A stretch of 64,000 nucleotides of DNA from an uncultured Desulfobacteraceae bacterium (lineage in GTDB: Bacteria; Desulfobacterota; Desulfobacteria; Desulfobacterales; UBA11574), in assembly GCA_964591175.1 (NCBI GenBank), contig CAZQAF010000009.1, positions 7,619 to 71,618 on the forward strand, given 5' to 3'. A model generated the notes under the pieces. It was not told the origin of the DNA, did not search any database, and worked only from the letters and a program-made list of their open reading frames with translations. The position numbers and the translations under genes were made by a program. Shown piece by piece: positions 28,281 to 38,141 of this stretch; position 1 is the stretch's first letter; the number at the start of each line of letters is the position of its first letter.

Positions 28281-28994
28281 GTGAGTGAAGAGAAAAAACT
28301 CGATCCAAATGGATGGATGCTGACATTTGCCGATCTGGTGATGCTTTTGCTGACTTTTTTTGTCATGTTGCTGACGATGTCTTCAATGGATGCTAAAAAA
28401 TTGCGGAATATAATGACGCATTTCAGAGCTTCGACGGGTGTTCTCGAATTTGCAGGGCCCAGTAAGGTTTACAACTTGGGAAACTTCATCAATCAATACA
28501 ATGATACCGACAGCTTATTGGTTGTCGATCAAAAACATTTTTTAGCGAAAATAAAATTCGTGACCAATATAAAGAAAAAGTTAACCGGTATCAACAACCA
28601 AATCACCTTATCCGAAGATGAGCGAGGTGTTGCCCTGGCATTTCATGGTGACATTCTTTTTGCTCCTGGAAAAACCACTCTTCGAAAAGAGGTATATCCC
28701 GTTCTTAATGTCATTGCTGACGCTATAAAGACATGTCCCAATAATATTTTGATAATGGGACAGACAGACAATATACCGGTTAGAAGTAAGATATATCCAT
28801 CCAACTGGGAGCTTTCCGCATACCGAGGTCTTTCTGTCCTGGATTATTTTATAAATAAAAAAGGGCTTTCACCATCGAGATTTTCCGTCGGTGGTTCCGG
28901 GTCCTCGAGACCCTTATATCCGAATACCACTCCTAAAAACCGAGCCCTGAATCGAAGAGTAGAGATAATATTTAAACATATAAAGGAGATATAA
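28281..28994 (+). CDS. motB: Stator B subunit MotB (canonical)
   Basis: WMLTFADLVMLLLTFFVML; GQTDNIP, SNWELSAYR, NRRVEI. Confidence 0.95.
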   Translation: MSEEKKLDPNGWMLTFADLVMLLLTFFVMLLTMSSMDAKKLRNIMTHFRASTGVLEFAGPSKVYNLGNFINQYNDTDSLLVVDQKHFLAKIKFVTNIKKKLTGINNQITLSEDERGVALAFHGDILFAPGKTTLRKEVYPVLNVIADAIKTCPNNILIMGQTDNIPVRSKIYPSNWELSAYRGLSVLDYFINKKGLSPSRFSVGGSGSSRPLYPNTTPKNRALNRRVEIIFKHIKEI

Positions 28995-29483
28995 ATGGCT
29001 GAGGAAAAAGAAAAGGCTAAAGACGCTCCAGAAGAAAAAACATCCAAGAAGTTAAGTCTTAAATTGATCATCATCGCGAGCATTGTTTTGTTCATCGGAG
29101 CAGGCGGTTTTTTCGGATATAGTAAATTTAAAAAAAGTTCAGAAGCATCTGCCGCAACCAAGAAAAAACAAAAAGTCAGCATCATCTGTCCATTGAAATC
29201 ATTTGTCGTCAATCTTCTGGATAAAAGAGGGGTCGGCAAAAGATACTTGAAAGTTACCGTTGAAGTCGAGGTGGGGAGAGACGAGGACAAGCAGCTCATA
29301 GACAGTCATAATCCCCAGCTCAGAGATAGCATATTACTGCTGCTTTCAAGTCAAACTTTAGAAGAGATTAACACCATGGATGGTAAACTCGCATTAAAAC
29401 AAGAGCTTTTGTCAAGGATGAAGCAGATTCTCGGTAATGGTGTAGTCCGCAGAATTTATTTTACCGAGTTCGTCGTGCAATAG
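28995..29483 (+). CDS. fliL: Flagellar basal-body protein FliL
   Basis: Single TM; FVVNL, RYLKV, QLRDSILLLLSS, IYFTEFVVQ. Confidence 0.95.
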   Translation: MAEEKEKAKDAPEEKTSKKLSLKLIIIASIVLFIGAGGFFGYSKFKKSSEASAATKKKQKVSIICPLKSFVVNLLDKRGVGKRYLKVTVEVEVGRDEDKQLIDSHNPQLRDSILLLLSSQTLEEINTMDGKLALKQELLSRMKQILGNGVVRRIYFTEFVVQ

Positions 29484-29490
29484 GTGAGCA

Positions 29491-30462
29491 ATGGGAAATA
29501 TTCTATCACAGGATGAAGTAGATTCCCTTCTTGACGGTATTACCGATGGGAAGGTTGAAACCGAAACCAGTACTTCCAAAGAAAGCCAAGCTGTAGAAGT
29601 ATATGATTTCAGCAAGCCGGCGGGTCCGGTTCATCTTAGATTGCCTGCACTGGGAATCATCAACGAAAGACTTGCAGGTCTTTTGAGAACCGACCTCCAG
29701 GCCGCAAGTCGATCCGTGATCGATGTAAATATAAGCTCTACAGAAACCGTCAAGTTTAGCGATTTTTGTCTTTCGCTTCCGATGCCGTCGAGTCTAAATA
29801 TATTCGGCATCAAACCACTGAGAGGATATTCAATGATTGTCCTTGAAGGAAGCCTCGTATTTTCATTTGTTGATAGTCTATTCGGAGGTAAAGGCGTCAG
29901 CCACGTGAGACTTGAAGGTCGAGGGTTTACTACGATTGAAACCCGGATTGTTGAAAAAGTCGTTAATATCATTTTGAGTGACTTTCAGAAAGCCTGGTCG
30001 GATGTTTATGAGGTAGAAGCAGTATTTGTCCGTTCTGAAATGGACCCGCAATTTGTAGGAATCGGAGCGCCTGATGATCAGGTTATTGTTAATAAATATG
30101 AAGTGCAGCTTGAGAACGGAAACGGAATAATTACGATATGTATTCCATACGAGAGTATTAAACCGATAAAAGAAAAACTTAAAAATAAATTCAAACGCGA
30201 AAAAATGGAAATCGACAGCACATGGAAAAAATATTTTCAAGATAAAATACTTGAGACGACGGTAGAGTTGAGTTGCACCATGGGTAAAGCAACCATTAGC
30301 GGTGGAGAACTTTTGAATATGAAGATTGACGATGTCATATTGCTCGATCCTAAAATAGGAAATATTGTCACCGTCAATGTGGAAAATCTCCCAAAATTTA
30401 GAGGATGTCCGGGAGCATGTAATAAGAAAAAGGCCGTAAAAATAATAGAAAAAATCGAATAG
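29491..30462 (+). CDS. fliM: Motor switch protein FliM
   Basis: ILSQDEVDSLL CheY-binding motif, YDFSKP, SEMDPQFV. Confidence 0.95.
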   Translation: MGNILSQDEVDSLLDGITDGKVETETSTSKESQAVEVYDFSKPAGPVHLRLPALGIINERLAGLLRTDLQAASRSVIDVNISSTETVKFSDFCLSLPMPSSLNIFGIKPLRGYSMIVLEGSLVFSFVDSLFGGKGVSHVRLEGRGFTTIETRIVEKVVNIILSDFQKAWSDVYEVEAVFVRSEMDPQFVGIGAPDDQVIVNKYEVQLENGNGIITICIPYESIKPIKEKLKNKFKREKMEIDSTWKKYFQDKILETTVELSCTMGKATISGGELLNMKIDDVILLDPKIGNIVTVNVENLPKFRGCPGACNKKKAVKIIEKIE

Positions 30463-30471
30463 GGGTGTAAA

Positions 30472-30810
30472 ATGGCTGATGTAAGCAACCAAATAAATAG
30501 TGAAAATGATGAAACCGAATCCACGAATGGAGAGCCTTGCAGTAATGGGAAGTGTGATCTGGATATTATTCTCGATATCCCTTTGAATGTTACCGTTGAA
30601 TTGGGAAACGTCAAGATGCCTGTCAATGAACTGCTTCAACTCGGTCAAGGGTCCATCATCGAATTGTCAAAACAGGTTGGTGAACCGCTGGATATATATG
30701 TAAACAATAAACTGGTTGCCAAGGGTGAGGTAGTTATTCTGGATGAAAAATTCGGAATCAGGGTTGCCGATATTATCAATCCTGCCGAAAGAGTTAAATC
30801 ATTGGGTTAA
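30472..30810 (+). CDS. fliN: Motor switch protein FliN
   Basis: ILDIPLNVTVELG; GEPLDIYVNNKLVAKGEVV. Confidence 0.96.
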   Translation: MADVSNQINSENDETESTNGEPCSNGKCDLDIILDIPLNVTVELGNVKMPVNELLQLGQGSIIELSKQVGEPLDIYVNNKLVAKGEVVILDEKFGIRVADIINPAERVKSLG

Positions 30811-30827
30811 AAAACTTGGTGTAAAGG

Positions 30828-31145
30828 ATGTTGGAGCCGGAATTAATAAACACAGGAGTTAAGACAGTCGCAATGCTTTGTATTGTGCTTGGTGTCTTGG
30901 TTTTGCTTCTGTATGTTATGAAAAGATTCATGTCGCCAAAAGGTAAATATAAAGGCGATCTATTAATAAAAGCCGTCTCATCTTTATATCTATCGCCAAA
31001 GGAAAGAATCGAGGTCATCGAAATATCAGGCGAAAGGATCGTTATCGGCGTCACACCGGGAAAGATTAATTTTTTGACCAAACTTCACCGGGATAAAGCA
31101 TTTAATGGTAAAGATTTCATCGGAAAAGATCATGACAAGGGGTGA
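30828..31145 (+). CDS. fliO: Flagellar biosynthesis protein FliO
   Basis: N-terminal TM; LYLSPKERIEVIEISGERIVIGVTP; lies between fliN and fliP. Confidence 0.9.
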   Translation: MLEPELINTGVKTVAMLCIVLGVLVLLLYVMKRFMSPKGKYKGDLLIKAVSSLYLSPKERIEVIEISGERIVIGVTPGKINFLTKLHRDKAFNGKDFIGKDHDKG

Positions 31146-31914
31146 TAAAAAAACGAAAAAAAAATTATTGATCCTGCTATTTCTGATCGGAGCCTGTTTA
31201 ATGCTGGCAAAAACAGCTTTTTCAGCGGACGTTCTATTGCCGTCATTTCGGTTTGGGTTAGAAAAAGGAAGTGATCCCGGTGATGTTTCCGTGCTGCTTC
31301 AGATCATTTTTTTATTGACCGTCCTTACCCTTGCACCGGCCATATTGATTTTGATGACATCTTTTACACGCCTGGCTGTTGTGTTTTCTTTTTTGAGACA
31401 GGCTGTCGGTACGCAACAAACACCGTCCAATCAGATTATTGCAGGACTTGCCTTGTTTCTGACTTTCTTTATCATGATGCCGATCTGGCAAAAAATCAAC
31501 AACACCGCGCTGCAACCCTACCTTCACGACGAAATCTCCCAGCAAAGCGCTTTGAAGGCGGCAATAACTCCTATTCGCAAGTTTATGTTCAAGCAGACGC
31601 GGAAAAAAGACCTGGCCTTATTCATTAATATGTCGAAGATGAGCAAACCAAAAAATGAAAATGATATTCCTACGTCGATTCTAATTCCCGCTTTTGTGAT
31701 CAGCGAACTGAAGACCGCGTTTATCATCGGATTTGTTTTATTCGTTCCATTTTTGATTATTGATATGGTTGTCGCAAGTGTGTTGCTCAGCATGGGAATG
31801 ATGATGCTTCCGCCAATTATGGTATCTCTGCCCTTTAAGCTGATGCTTTTTGTTTTGGTTGACGGCTGGAATTTAATCGTGGGCTCACTGGTAAAGAGTT
31901 TTATAGGCGGATAG
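31105..31914 (+). CDS. fliP: Export gate protein FliP (start uncertain)
   Basis: LMTSFTRL, TQQTPSNQII, PAFVISELKTAF, MMMLPP..SLPFKLMLFVLVDGW. Confidence 0.97.
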   Translation: MVKISSEKIMTRGDKKTKKKLLILLFLIGACLMLAKTAFSADVLLPSFRFGLEKGSDPGDVSVLLQIIFLLTVLTLAPAILILMTSFTRLAVVFSFLRQAVGTQQTPSNQIIAGLALFLTFFIMMPIWQKINNTALQPYLHDEISQQSALKAAITPIRKFMFKQTRKKDLALFINMSKMSKPKNENDIPTSILIPAFVISELKTAFIIGFVLFVPFLIIDMVVASVLLSMGMMMLPPIMVSLPFKLMLFVLVDGWNLIVGSLVKSFIGG

Positions 31915-31917
31915 CAT

Positions 31918-32187
31918 ATGACACCTGAATTTGTTGTAAGTTTTGCTCAGGAAGCCATTAAAGTTACCATCTTGGTATCCATGCCCATGCTTGTTCTGGG
32001 GCTTATCGTGGGGCTGGCCATCAGTATTTTTCAGGCGGTTACTCAAATTCAGGAGATGACGCTGACTTTTGTGCCGAAAATTTTAATCGTTTTAATCGCG
32101 CTCTTGGTTTTTTCCAATTGGATGCTTGAGCAGTTGATGCATTTTACAATCAACGTCATTCATCAGATACCCTATTATATCAGATAG
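31918..32187 (+). CDS. fliQ: Export gate protein FliQ
   Basis: SIFQAVTQIQEMTLTFVPK. Confidence 0.97.
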   Translation: MTPEFVVSFAQEAIKVTILVSMPMLVLGLIVGLAISIFQAVTQIQEMTLTFVPKILIVLIALLVFSNWMLEQLMHFTINVIHQIPYYIR

Positions 32188-32198
32188 GAAAGGGATCC

Positions 32199-32981
32199 GT
32201 GGATATGATATCCATTCCTTTTAGAGAACTTAAAGCCTTTTATCTTATTCTGATAAGAATCAGTATTATTTTCCAGATGCTGCCATTTTTTAATGCCAGG
32301 GTAGTTCCGGTATTGGTAAAAGCAGGACTCTCGGTGGTAATGGCCATTATTTTGTTTCCTGTGATCAATACTTCAATGGTAAAATTTCCAAATACGGGCT
32401 TCGGATTAATACAGCTGATACTGTCGGAATTTATTATCGGCATCATATTGGGGCTCTTGGTGATGATATTTTTTGAAGGCGTGAGAATGATGGGACAAAT
32501 GGTTGGTTTTCAGACCGGATTTGCAATTACAAACATTATCGACCCTCAAAGCGGTTCCCAGATTTCAATCCTTTCAAATATGGCCTATCTTGTGGCGATG
32601 ATGTTTTTTTTGTTGTTGAACGGCCATTATATATTATTGAACGCCGTGAGAGAGAGCTTTGAAGTTATACCTGTCGGTTCGTTAAGATTAAACACCGACA
32701 TGTTTGGTAAAATGGTAGCTCTGTATGGACAGATGTTTGTTATTGCCGTAAAAATAGGAGCACCGGCCATAGCGGCACTTTTGTTTACGAATTTAGCGTT
32801 CGGACTGATTACGAAGTTCATTCCGCAAATGAATATTATGATTGTCGCTTTTCCGATTCAAATTGTTATCGGACTTTTCTTTTTTGGCGTGTCATTAAAT
32901 GTTCTTTTGGATTTCATGCAAAAATATCTCAAAGATCTCGGTCCGATGCTGATTAATACCATGCAGTGGTTAAGGATGTAA
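32199..32981 (+). CDS. fliR: Export gate protein FliR
   Basis: GQMVGFQTGF, IIDPQSG, PQMNIMIVAFP. Confidence 0.96.
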   Translation: MDMISIPFRELKAFYLILIRISIIFQMLPFFNARVVPVLVKAGLSVVMAIILFPVINTSMVKFPNTGFGLIQLILSEFIIGIILGLLVMIFFEGVRMMGQMVGFQTGFAITNIIDPQSGSQISILSNMAYLVAMMFFLLLNGHYILLNAVRESFEVIPVGSLRLNTDMFGKMVALYGQMFVIAVKIGAPAIAALLFTNLAFGLITKFIPQMNIMIVAFPIQIVIGLFFFGVSLNVLLDFMQKYLKDLGPMLINTMQWLRM

Positions 32982-32984
32982 GAC

Positions 32985-34055
32985 ATGGCTGAAGAGAGTT
33001 TTGAAGAAAAAACTGAACAACCTACCCCTAAAAAAAGAAAAGAACTCAAAGAAAAAGGGGAAGTGGCGAAGAGCAGGGAGTTGCCATCGGTGGCGGTACT
33101 CCTTTCCGCCCTGATGGTGTTATCCTTTTTGGGGTCTTATATGTACAGCCATGTTCAGATCATTATGAAGGACGCATTTTCTCTGCCGACAATGAATGAT
33201 CTGAATATATCTGAATTCATGAAATATGCTCACGATATTATCAGCCGCTTTATCATACTGCTCCTTCCTCTTTTTGGTGCCATTTTTGTTACCGCGATCG
33301 TTTCGAATATCATGCAGGTCGGATTTATCATATCCGGAGAATCGATAACACCCAAATTTTCGAAAATAGATCCCATCAAGGGTGTTGGAAGGATGTTTTC
33401 CAAACAGGCCCTGATGGAATTGTTTAAATCCCTGTTAAAACTAATCATAGTGGGTGGCATCGCGTTTTGGACAGTAAAAGCCGAGATGAAGAACTTTTAT
33501 CTTTTGGGAGATATGGAAACGAACGCGATCTTTATTTATATCCTTAAGATCTTTTTTAAAATCTTTATCCGGTGCTCAATGGCAATGATTGTTTTGGTGG
33601 TTATCGATTATATTTTTCAAAAATGGGAATTTGAGAACCGTATCAAGATGACCAAACAAGAAGTAAAAGATGAGTTTAAAAAGTCTGAAGGCGATCCTTT
33701 GATAAAATCAAGAATAAGAAGCATTCAGATGGAGATGGCCAGAAAGCGGATGATGCAGGCGGTCCCCGATGCCGATGTGGTGATTACCAATCCGACACAT
33801 CTTGCAGTTGCTTTGAAATATGACAGTTTGACCATGAAGGCGCCGAAAGTACTTGCAAAAGGTCCTGGAAAAATTGCCGAAAGGATTAAAGAAATGGCTT
33901 CAGAACATGATATCCCGATTATGGAGAATAAAGAACTTGCTCGAAACTTGTATGCTGCGGTCGAGGTCGGCCATGAGATACCGACAGAACTCTACCAGGC
34001 GGTAGCGGAAATTTTGGCTTATATATACCGGCTGAAGTCAAATTACAGGGGTTAG
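32985..34055 (+). CDS. flhB: Export switch protein FlhB
   Basis: EKTEQPTPKK, KMTKQEVKDEFKKSEGDP, VVITNPTH autocleavage site. Confidence 0.97.
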   Translation: MAEESFEEKTEQPTPKKRKELKEKGEVAKSRELPSVAVLLSALMVLSFLGSYMYSHVQIIMKDAFSLPTMNDLNISEFMKYAHDIISRFIILLLPLFGAIFVTAIVSNIMQVGFIISGESITPKFSKIDPIKGVGRMFSKQALMELFKSLLKLIIVGGIAFWTVKAEMKNFYLLGDMETNAIFIYILKIFFKIFIRCSMAMIVLVVIDYIFQKWEFENRIKMTKQEVKDEFKKSEGDPLIKSRIRSIQMEMARKRMMQAVPDADVVITNPTHLAVALKYDSLTMKAPKVLAKGPGKIAERIKEMASEHDIPIMENKELARNLYAAVEVGHEIPTELYQAVAEILAYIYRLKSNYRG

Positions 34056-34065
34056 GGAAATAAAA

Positions 34066-36153
34066 ATGGAACAAGTTGTAACATCTAGAGGGGATTTAAC
34101 ATCTTTCAGCGAGATCATGACGGTCATCGGTGTGGTCACCATTCTCGTTGTGATGATCATCCCATTGCCTTCGGTGCTTCTGGATTTTCTTCTGGCGCTG
34201 AACATCACCCTTGCAATTACGATTCTTTTAATTGCGATGTATACGCTTAAGCCTTTGGACTTTTTTATATTTCCTCCGCTGCTTCTTATAACGACACTCT
34301 TCAGGCTGTCTTTGAATGTGGCATCGACAAGATTGATTCTTTTACACGGCAACGAAGGTCCTCTGGCTGCCGGAAAAGTCATCAAATCATTCGGCAGTTT
34401 TGTGGTCGGCGGTAACTACGTTGTCGGCATGATTGTCTTTGTTATCCTGGTTATTGTCAATTTTGTCGTTATCACAAAGGGTGCTACCAGGATCGCTGAG
34501 GTTGCAGCCCGGTTCACATTGGATGGAATGCCCGGAAAGCAGATGAGTATCGATGCCGACCTCAATGCGGGCTTGATCGACGAAAACGAGGCGAAACAAC
34601 GCAGGATTAACATTGCCAGAGAGGCTGAATTCCACGGATCGATGGACGGTGCGGCCAAATTTGTCAGGGGTGATGCCATCGCGGGAATTATCATTACCGT
34701 TATTAATATATTAGGCGGATTTGTTATCGGCGTCTTTCAACAGCATATGTCAATTATCGACGCTGCGCAAAATTACACACTTTTAACCGTAGGCGATGGC
34801 CTGGTATCGCAGATCCCTGCGCTCACCATATCGACAGCCGCCGGCATCGTCGTCAGTAGGGCGGCTTCTGAGGGTACCCTTGGAAAGGATCTCGGCAAAC
34901 AATTTTCTCAATATCCAAAAGCCATCTATATGGCCGCGTTAACCGTATTTTTTTTCGGTCTCATTCCGGGATTGCCGCACATCCCCTTTATCCTTTTGTC
35001 GTCGATCATCGGGACAAGCGTTTTTATTTTTGGAAAAAGAAAAGAGGAATTAGAAGAAAAAAGAGTTGATATCAATAAAAAAGAAGATGTTGATGATGGT
35101 CCGGAGCCTGTAGAGCATTTGCTAGTGATCGATCCGTTGGAGTTGGAAGTAGGGTATGGTCTTATACCATTGGTGGATAGAGACCAGGGGGGAAAATTTC
35201 TTGATCGCGTTCGTTCTATAAGGCGTCAGTTCGCTATGGAAATGGGAATGGTTATTCCACCGATTCATATCAGAGATAATCTGCAGTTGAGTCCATCCGA
35301 GTATCAGATTGTTCTCAAGGGGGTAAAAATTGCCGGAGCTGAGTTAATGGTCAATCATTATTTGGCTATGAATCCCGGAGACGCCGCCAGGAAAATTGAA
35401 GGAGTGGAAACAAAGGAGCCCGCATTTAACATACCGGCCATCTGGATACCAGAAAACAAAAAAGAAGAGGCAAAACTTTCAGGGTATACGGTTGTTGATG
35501 ATGCAACGATAATGGCAACTCATTTGACGGAGGTTCTTCGGAAACATTCTTCCGAACTTTTAGGAAGACAAGAGGTGCAACATTTACTGGATAACTTAAG
35601 GAAAACATATCCAAAGGCAGTAGAAGAGCTTGTTCCGAATCTTCTTAGTTTAGGTGCCGTTCAAAAAGTGTTGCAAAATCTGATAGATGAACGAATATCG
35701 ATTAGGGATTTACTGACAATCGTTGAAACGCTCGCAGACTGTGCTGTATTGACCAAGGACGCCGATCTGTTGACCGAATATGTGAGAAACAGGCTATCAA
35801 GGTCCATTATCAGTCCGCATATAGATGAAGACGGCTATTTAAAGCTCATAACCATGTCCCAAGATGTTGAGGAGATTCTCCTGAAAGGAATACAAAAAAC
35901 AGAACACGGATCATATCTTTCCGTTGATCCGGGAATTGCTGATTCAATTATTACATCCATAAAAGCAGAGGCAGAAAAGGCAATGTCTAAAAATATCCAG
36001 CCTATTCTTTTGACGTCACCTATAGTTAGAAGGCATCTTAGAAAAATGGTTGAATACTTTGTTCCTTCTCTAATGGTATTATCGCAAAGTGAGCTATTAA
36101 CGGATATAGGGTTTAAATCTATCGGAAAGGTTACGCTAAGTCATGCAGGTTAA
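34066..36153 (+). CDS. flhA: Export apparatus protein FlhA
   Basis: TTLFRLSLNVASTRLIL, EVAARFTLDGMPGKQMSIDADL, FHGSMDGAAKFVRGDA. Confidence 0.98.
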   Translation: MEQVVTSRGDLTSFSEIMTVIGVVTILVVMIIPLPSVLLDFLLALNITLAITILLIAMYTLKPLDFFIFPPLLLITTLFRLSLNVASTRLILLHGNEGPLAAGKVIKSFGSFVVGGNYVVGMIVFVILVIVNFVVITKGATRIAEVAARFTLDGMPGKQMSIDADLNAGLIDENEAKQRRINIAREAEFHGSMDGAAKFVRGDAIAGIIITVINILGGFVIGVFQQHMSIIDAAQNYTLLTVGDGLVSQIPALTISTAAGIVVSRAASEGTLGKDLGKQFSQYPKAIYMAALTVFFFGLIPGLPHIPFILLSSIIGTSVFIFGKRKEELEEKRVDINKKEDVDDGPEPVEHLLVIDPLELEVGYGLIPLVDRDQGGKFLDRVRSIRRQFAMEMGMVIPPIHIRDNLQLSPSEYQIVLKGVKIAGAELMVNHYLAMNPGDAARKIEGVETKEPAFNIPAIWIPENKKEEAKLSGYTVVDDATIMATHLTEVLRKHSSELLGRQEVQHLLDNLRKTYPKAVEELVPNLLSLGAVQKVLQNLIDERISIRDLLTIVETLADCAVLTKDADLLTEYVRNRLSRSIISPHIDEDGYLKLITMSQDVEEILLKGIQKTEHGSYLSVDPGIADSIITSIKAEAEKAMSKNIQPILLTSPIVRRHLRKMVEYFVPSLMVLSQSELLTDIGFKSIGKVTLSHAG

Positions 36154-37195
36154 AAAATATCGAGCAAAAACTATTAAAGAAGCGATTGCAAAAGTAAGAA
36201 ATATTTTGGGAACGGATGCAATGATTCTATCCACAAAGAAGATATCAGCTAACGATGGCGACGATATTTTTGAAATAGCCGCCTTGGGCGGTGTAGATGG
36301 CGGAGTAGGTGAAAATTCGAATACTCTCGGAGAAGTTAAAAAAGAGTTGATGAGCATAAAAGAAATGCTTTTTCTTTTAAACAATTCCGGTGGTTTTTTG
36401 GAGAAATTGATAGCATATCCGGGTCTTTTGACGCTTTATTCAAAACTTATAAAAAATGGTGTTGATGAGCGTTATATCCGATATTTTTTTGAAAGATCAG
36501 GTGCGTTTAACGGTCAAATTGAAGACAAAAAAAATATTGTTGAAAAAAGAGCCCTTAAAGAGGTCATGAAAACTATTACAGTGAATGATGCTTTTTGCAT
36601 GTCCAAAAACCACCCGACAATATCCGCGTTTATCGGTACAACCGGTGTCGGTAAAACAACGACAATTGCAAAGCTCGCTGCAATGCTCATGTTTGAAAAG
36701 AAAAAAAAGGTTGGATTAATATCAATAGATGCATACAGAATAGGTGCGATGGAGCAACTGAAGACCTATGCGAATATATTGGGTGCACCCAGCTTCCAAG
36801 CGTTCAAAAAGAAAGATTTGCTCTTTGCACTTCGAAGACTGGAAGGAAAAGATGTCATTCTTATCGATACTGCCGGTCAAAGCCAGTACGACCTGAAAAG
36901 AATAGAAGAGCTCAGAAAAATGATTCCGACCGATTTATCCATAGATGTCCATCTTTTGTTGAGTATTTCGACAACAGCATCCGAGATGAATAAAACGGCT
37001 GTTAACTTCAATGCTTTAAAATATCAGAGCTACATATTTACAAAAAGAGATGAAGCCCGGTCGTGCGGTTCAATTTTGAATCAAATTATGAAACAAAATT
37101 TACCGATCTCATATATTACTACGGGACAAAGCGTTCCTGAAGATATTGAGCAGGCAGATAGAGAAAAAATATTAAATATGATTTTATCCAAATAA
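36143..37195 (+). CDS. flhF: SRP-family GTPase FlhF
   Basis: MQVKKYRA N-terminus, GTTGVGKTT, DAYRIGA, DTAG, TTGQSVPEDI. Confidence 0.95.
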   Translation: MQVKKYRAKTIKEAIAKVRNILGTDAMILSTKKISANDGDDIFEIAALGGVDGGVGENSNTLGEVKKELMSIKEMLFLLNNSGGFLEKLIAYPGLLTLYSKLIKNGVDERYIRYFFERSGAFNGQIEDKKNIVEKRALKEVMKTITVNDAFCMSKNHPTISAFIGTTGVGKTTTIAKLAAMLMFEKKKKVGLISIDAYRIGAMEQLKTYANILGAPSFQAFKKKDLLFALRRLEGKDVILIDTAGQSQYDLKRIEELRKMIPTDLSIDVHLLLSISTTASEMNKTAVNFNALKYQSYIFTKRDEARSCGSILNQIMKQNLPISYITTGQSVPEDIEQADREKILNMILSK

Positions 37196-37235
37196 ATCAG
37201 ACTTCTTATAATGTTTTTTATCGGAGACTAAATAA

Positions 37236-38141
37236 ATGGATCAGGCAACAAATCTAAGGAGAATTGTAAAAAAAGAATCCGGCAGGGTACATAAACTCAG
37301 AGCCAGCGACACATCAATTCCCCGAATAACAAGTCCCATGGTATTTGCCGTTACCAGCGGTAAAGGTGGTGTGGGAAAGACGAATATCGTGGGCAATCTG
37401 GCGATCACATATCAGAGAATGAAAAAAAAGGTTCTCATTTTCGATGCGGATCTCGGGCTAGCAAACATCGATATTATTTTCGGCATTAATCCCAAATACA
37501 CCATCGAAGATGTCATAAAAGGTGAAAAAGAGCTGTCTCAGATCATCGCCAAAGGACCCGAAGGTGTGGCGATTATACCTGCAAGTTCAGGAGTACAGGA
37601 ATTATCTAATCTTACGGAAGGACACAAGATCAATCTTTTAAATGAATTTGATTTATTGAACAAACGGTATGACATATTGCTGATTGACACCGGCGCCGGT
37701 ATTTCTTCCAATGTTCTATATTTTAATTTGGCGGCTCAAGAGAGGATCGTTGTAGTGACACCTGAACCCACATCCATTACAGATGCTTATGCCTTGATAA
37801 AGGTGATGTTTAAGCAACATGGAATTAAGAATTTTATACTATTGATGAATATGGTTAAAAATGAGTCTGAAGCCGTATCGGTATATAAACACCTGAGCAG
37901 GGTGATAGAAAAGTTTATGGGGAGTATCTCCTTGGGCTACGCCGGTCATATTCCATATGACAGTCGTATTCATGAATCGGTAAGCAGAAGGGAGCCGGTT
38001 ACGTGTTGTTACCCCCAATCCGCTTCGAGTCAAAGCTTTCAACAACTGGCCGAATATCTTTTAAATCAATCGGATGGAAAGCATCATGACGGGAGCATTA
38101 AATTTTTCTTAAAAAAAATAATGGTTGGTGCAACGGGTTAA
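37236..38141 (+). CDS. flhG: MinD-like ATPase FlhG/FleN
   Basis: MDQATNLR, SGKGGVGKTN, DADLGLANID, DTGAG, PEPTSITDAYA. Confidence 0.95.
   Translation: MDQATNLRRIVKKESGRVHKLRASDTSIPRITSPMVFAVTSGKGGVGKTNIVGNLAITYQRMKKKVLIFDADLGLANIDIIFGINPKYTIEDVIKGEKELSQIIAKGPEGVAIIPASSGVQELSNLTEGHKINLLNEFDLLNKRYDILLIDTGAGISSNVLYFNLAAQERIVVVTPEPTSITDAYALIKVMFKQHGIKNFILLMNMVKNESEAVSVYKHLSRVIEKFMGSISLGYAGHIPYDSRIHESVSRREPVTCCYPQSASSQSFQQLAEYLLNQSDGKHHDGSIKFFLKKIMVGATG

Noticed and set aside
36143-37195. FlhF G3 motif DTAGQ instead of DTAGR
   Set aside because: This position varies among FlhF proteins and the other G motifs are intact.
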